A DNA stretch of 63,981 bases, the filler included, from Piptocephalis cylindrospora (lineage: Eukaryota), in the NCBI GenBank assembly GCA_003614145.1. It is 3 parts of 3 records of this genome, joined end to end, with 100 filler letters (N's around TTAATTAATTAA, not from the genome) between each part and the next. Parts side by side here need not be neighbours in the genome. Positions count along the whole stretch, not along the records: positions 51,369 to 63,981 come from KZ987965.1; 2 more parts are not named here. The stretch is one strand, 5' to 3'. A model generated the notes under the pieces. It was not told the DNA's origin. It ran no database searches and saw only the letters and a program-made list of their open reading frames with translations. The translations under genes and the position numbers were made by a program. Positions 63,664-63,981 of the stretch are shown here, piece after piece (position 1 is the stretch's first letter; the number at the start of each line of letters is the position of its first letter).

Positions 63664-63981
63664 TGTATCTAATGGGATTGGAGAGGGAGAAAAGCAAAGG
63701 GAGGAGTAATGCAGTGTTGATAAGCAGGGATATCCTCAGACTGCATCGTCACATTTCAATCGGCATAAAAATGAATTGGCTTACCCATACACAGAGGAGA
63801 AAGGATGCAGTATTGAAAAGGAGGTGAAGGGAGGTGAAGAGGGGGTGGAGACACGTCTTGAAAAGGGCAGGCGTAGGTGATGGAGTCAGAAAGTGCGGAG
63901 ACCACAGGATAAAGATGACGTGAGGGGGATGAGGTGAAGGTGCGCACATAGCGCGGAGAGTGTGCGCACAACGGTTTGTGT

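Overview
This is gene-dense, intron-containing eukaryotic DNA with short, mostly GT-AG introns and many microsatellites and homopolymers. Gene content points to an early-diverging fungus; a Zoopagomycota mycoparasite such as Piptocephalis is my inference and is not proven. The window is three unrelated scaffolds joined by artificial N44-TTAATTAATTAA-N44 spacers (25714-25813, 51269-51368), so neighbourhoods across them mean nothing. About 27 protein-coding genes are supported. Scaffold 1 has LMBRD1, an ABCG half-transporter, BUD27/URI, a C2 protein, exportin-4, RTF2, MRPL6, metaxin/SAM37, Ecl1 and a partial PUF60. Scaffold 2 has a partial RNF181-like gene, DPH1, an Sfp-type PPTase, a Uds1-domain protein, a NAT8-like GNAT, MAK11, an O-methyltransferase, a GH18 chitinase, a Swc3-like/GATA protein, YOS1 (missed by the ORF track), a single-pass membrane protein and MAM3/CNNM. 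Scaffold 3 has SMYD, TAF12, an orphan secreted protein and CHD1. I found no CRISPR array, transposon, rRNA or convincing tRNA. The best leads are an apparent Swc3-GATA zinc-finger fusion, a TATA-driven hairpin locus with no ORF and U5-like features at about 51.5 kb, a GH18 chitinase with NxxNxDxE in place of DxxDxDxE, a frame break at GGG-TAA plus a GC-AG intron in CHD1, and a 22-bp tandem repeat of the Ecl1 stop-codon region. All family assignments come from motif recognition, not database searches.
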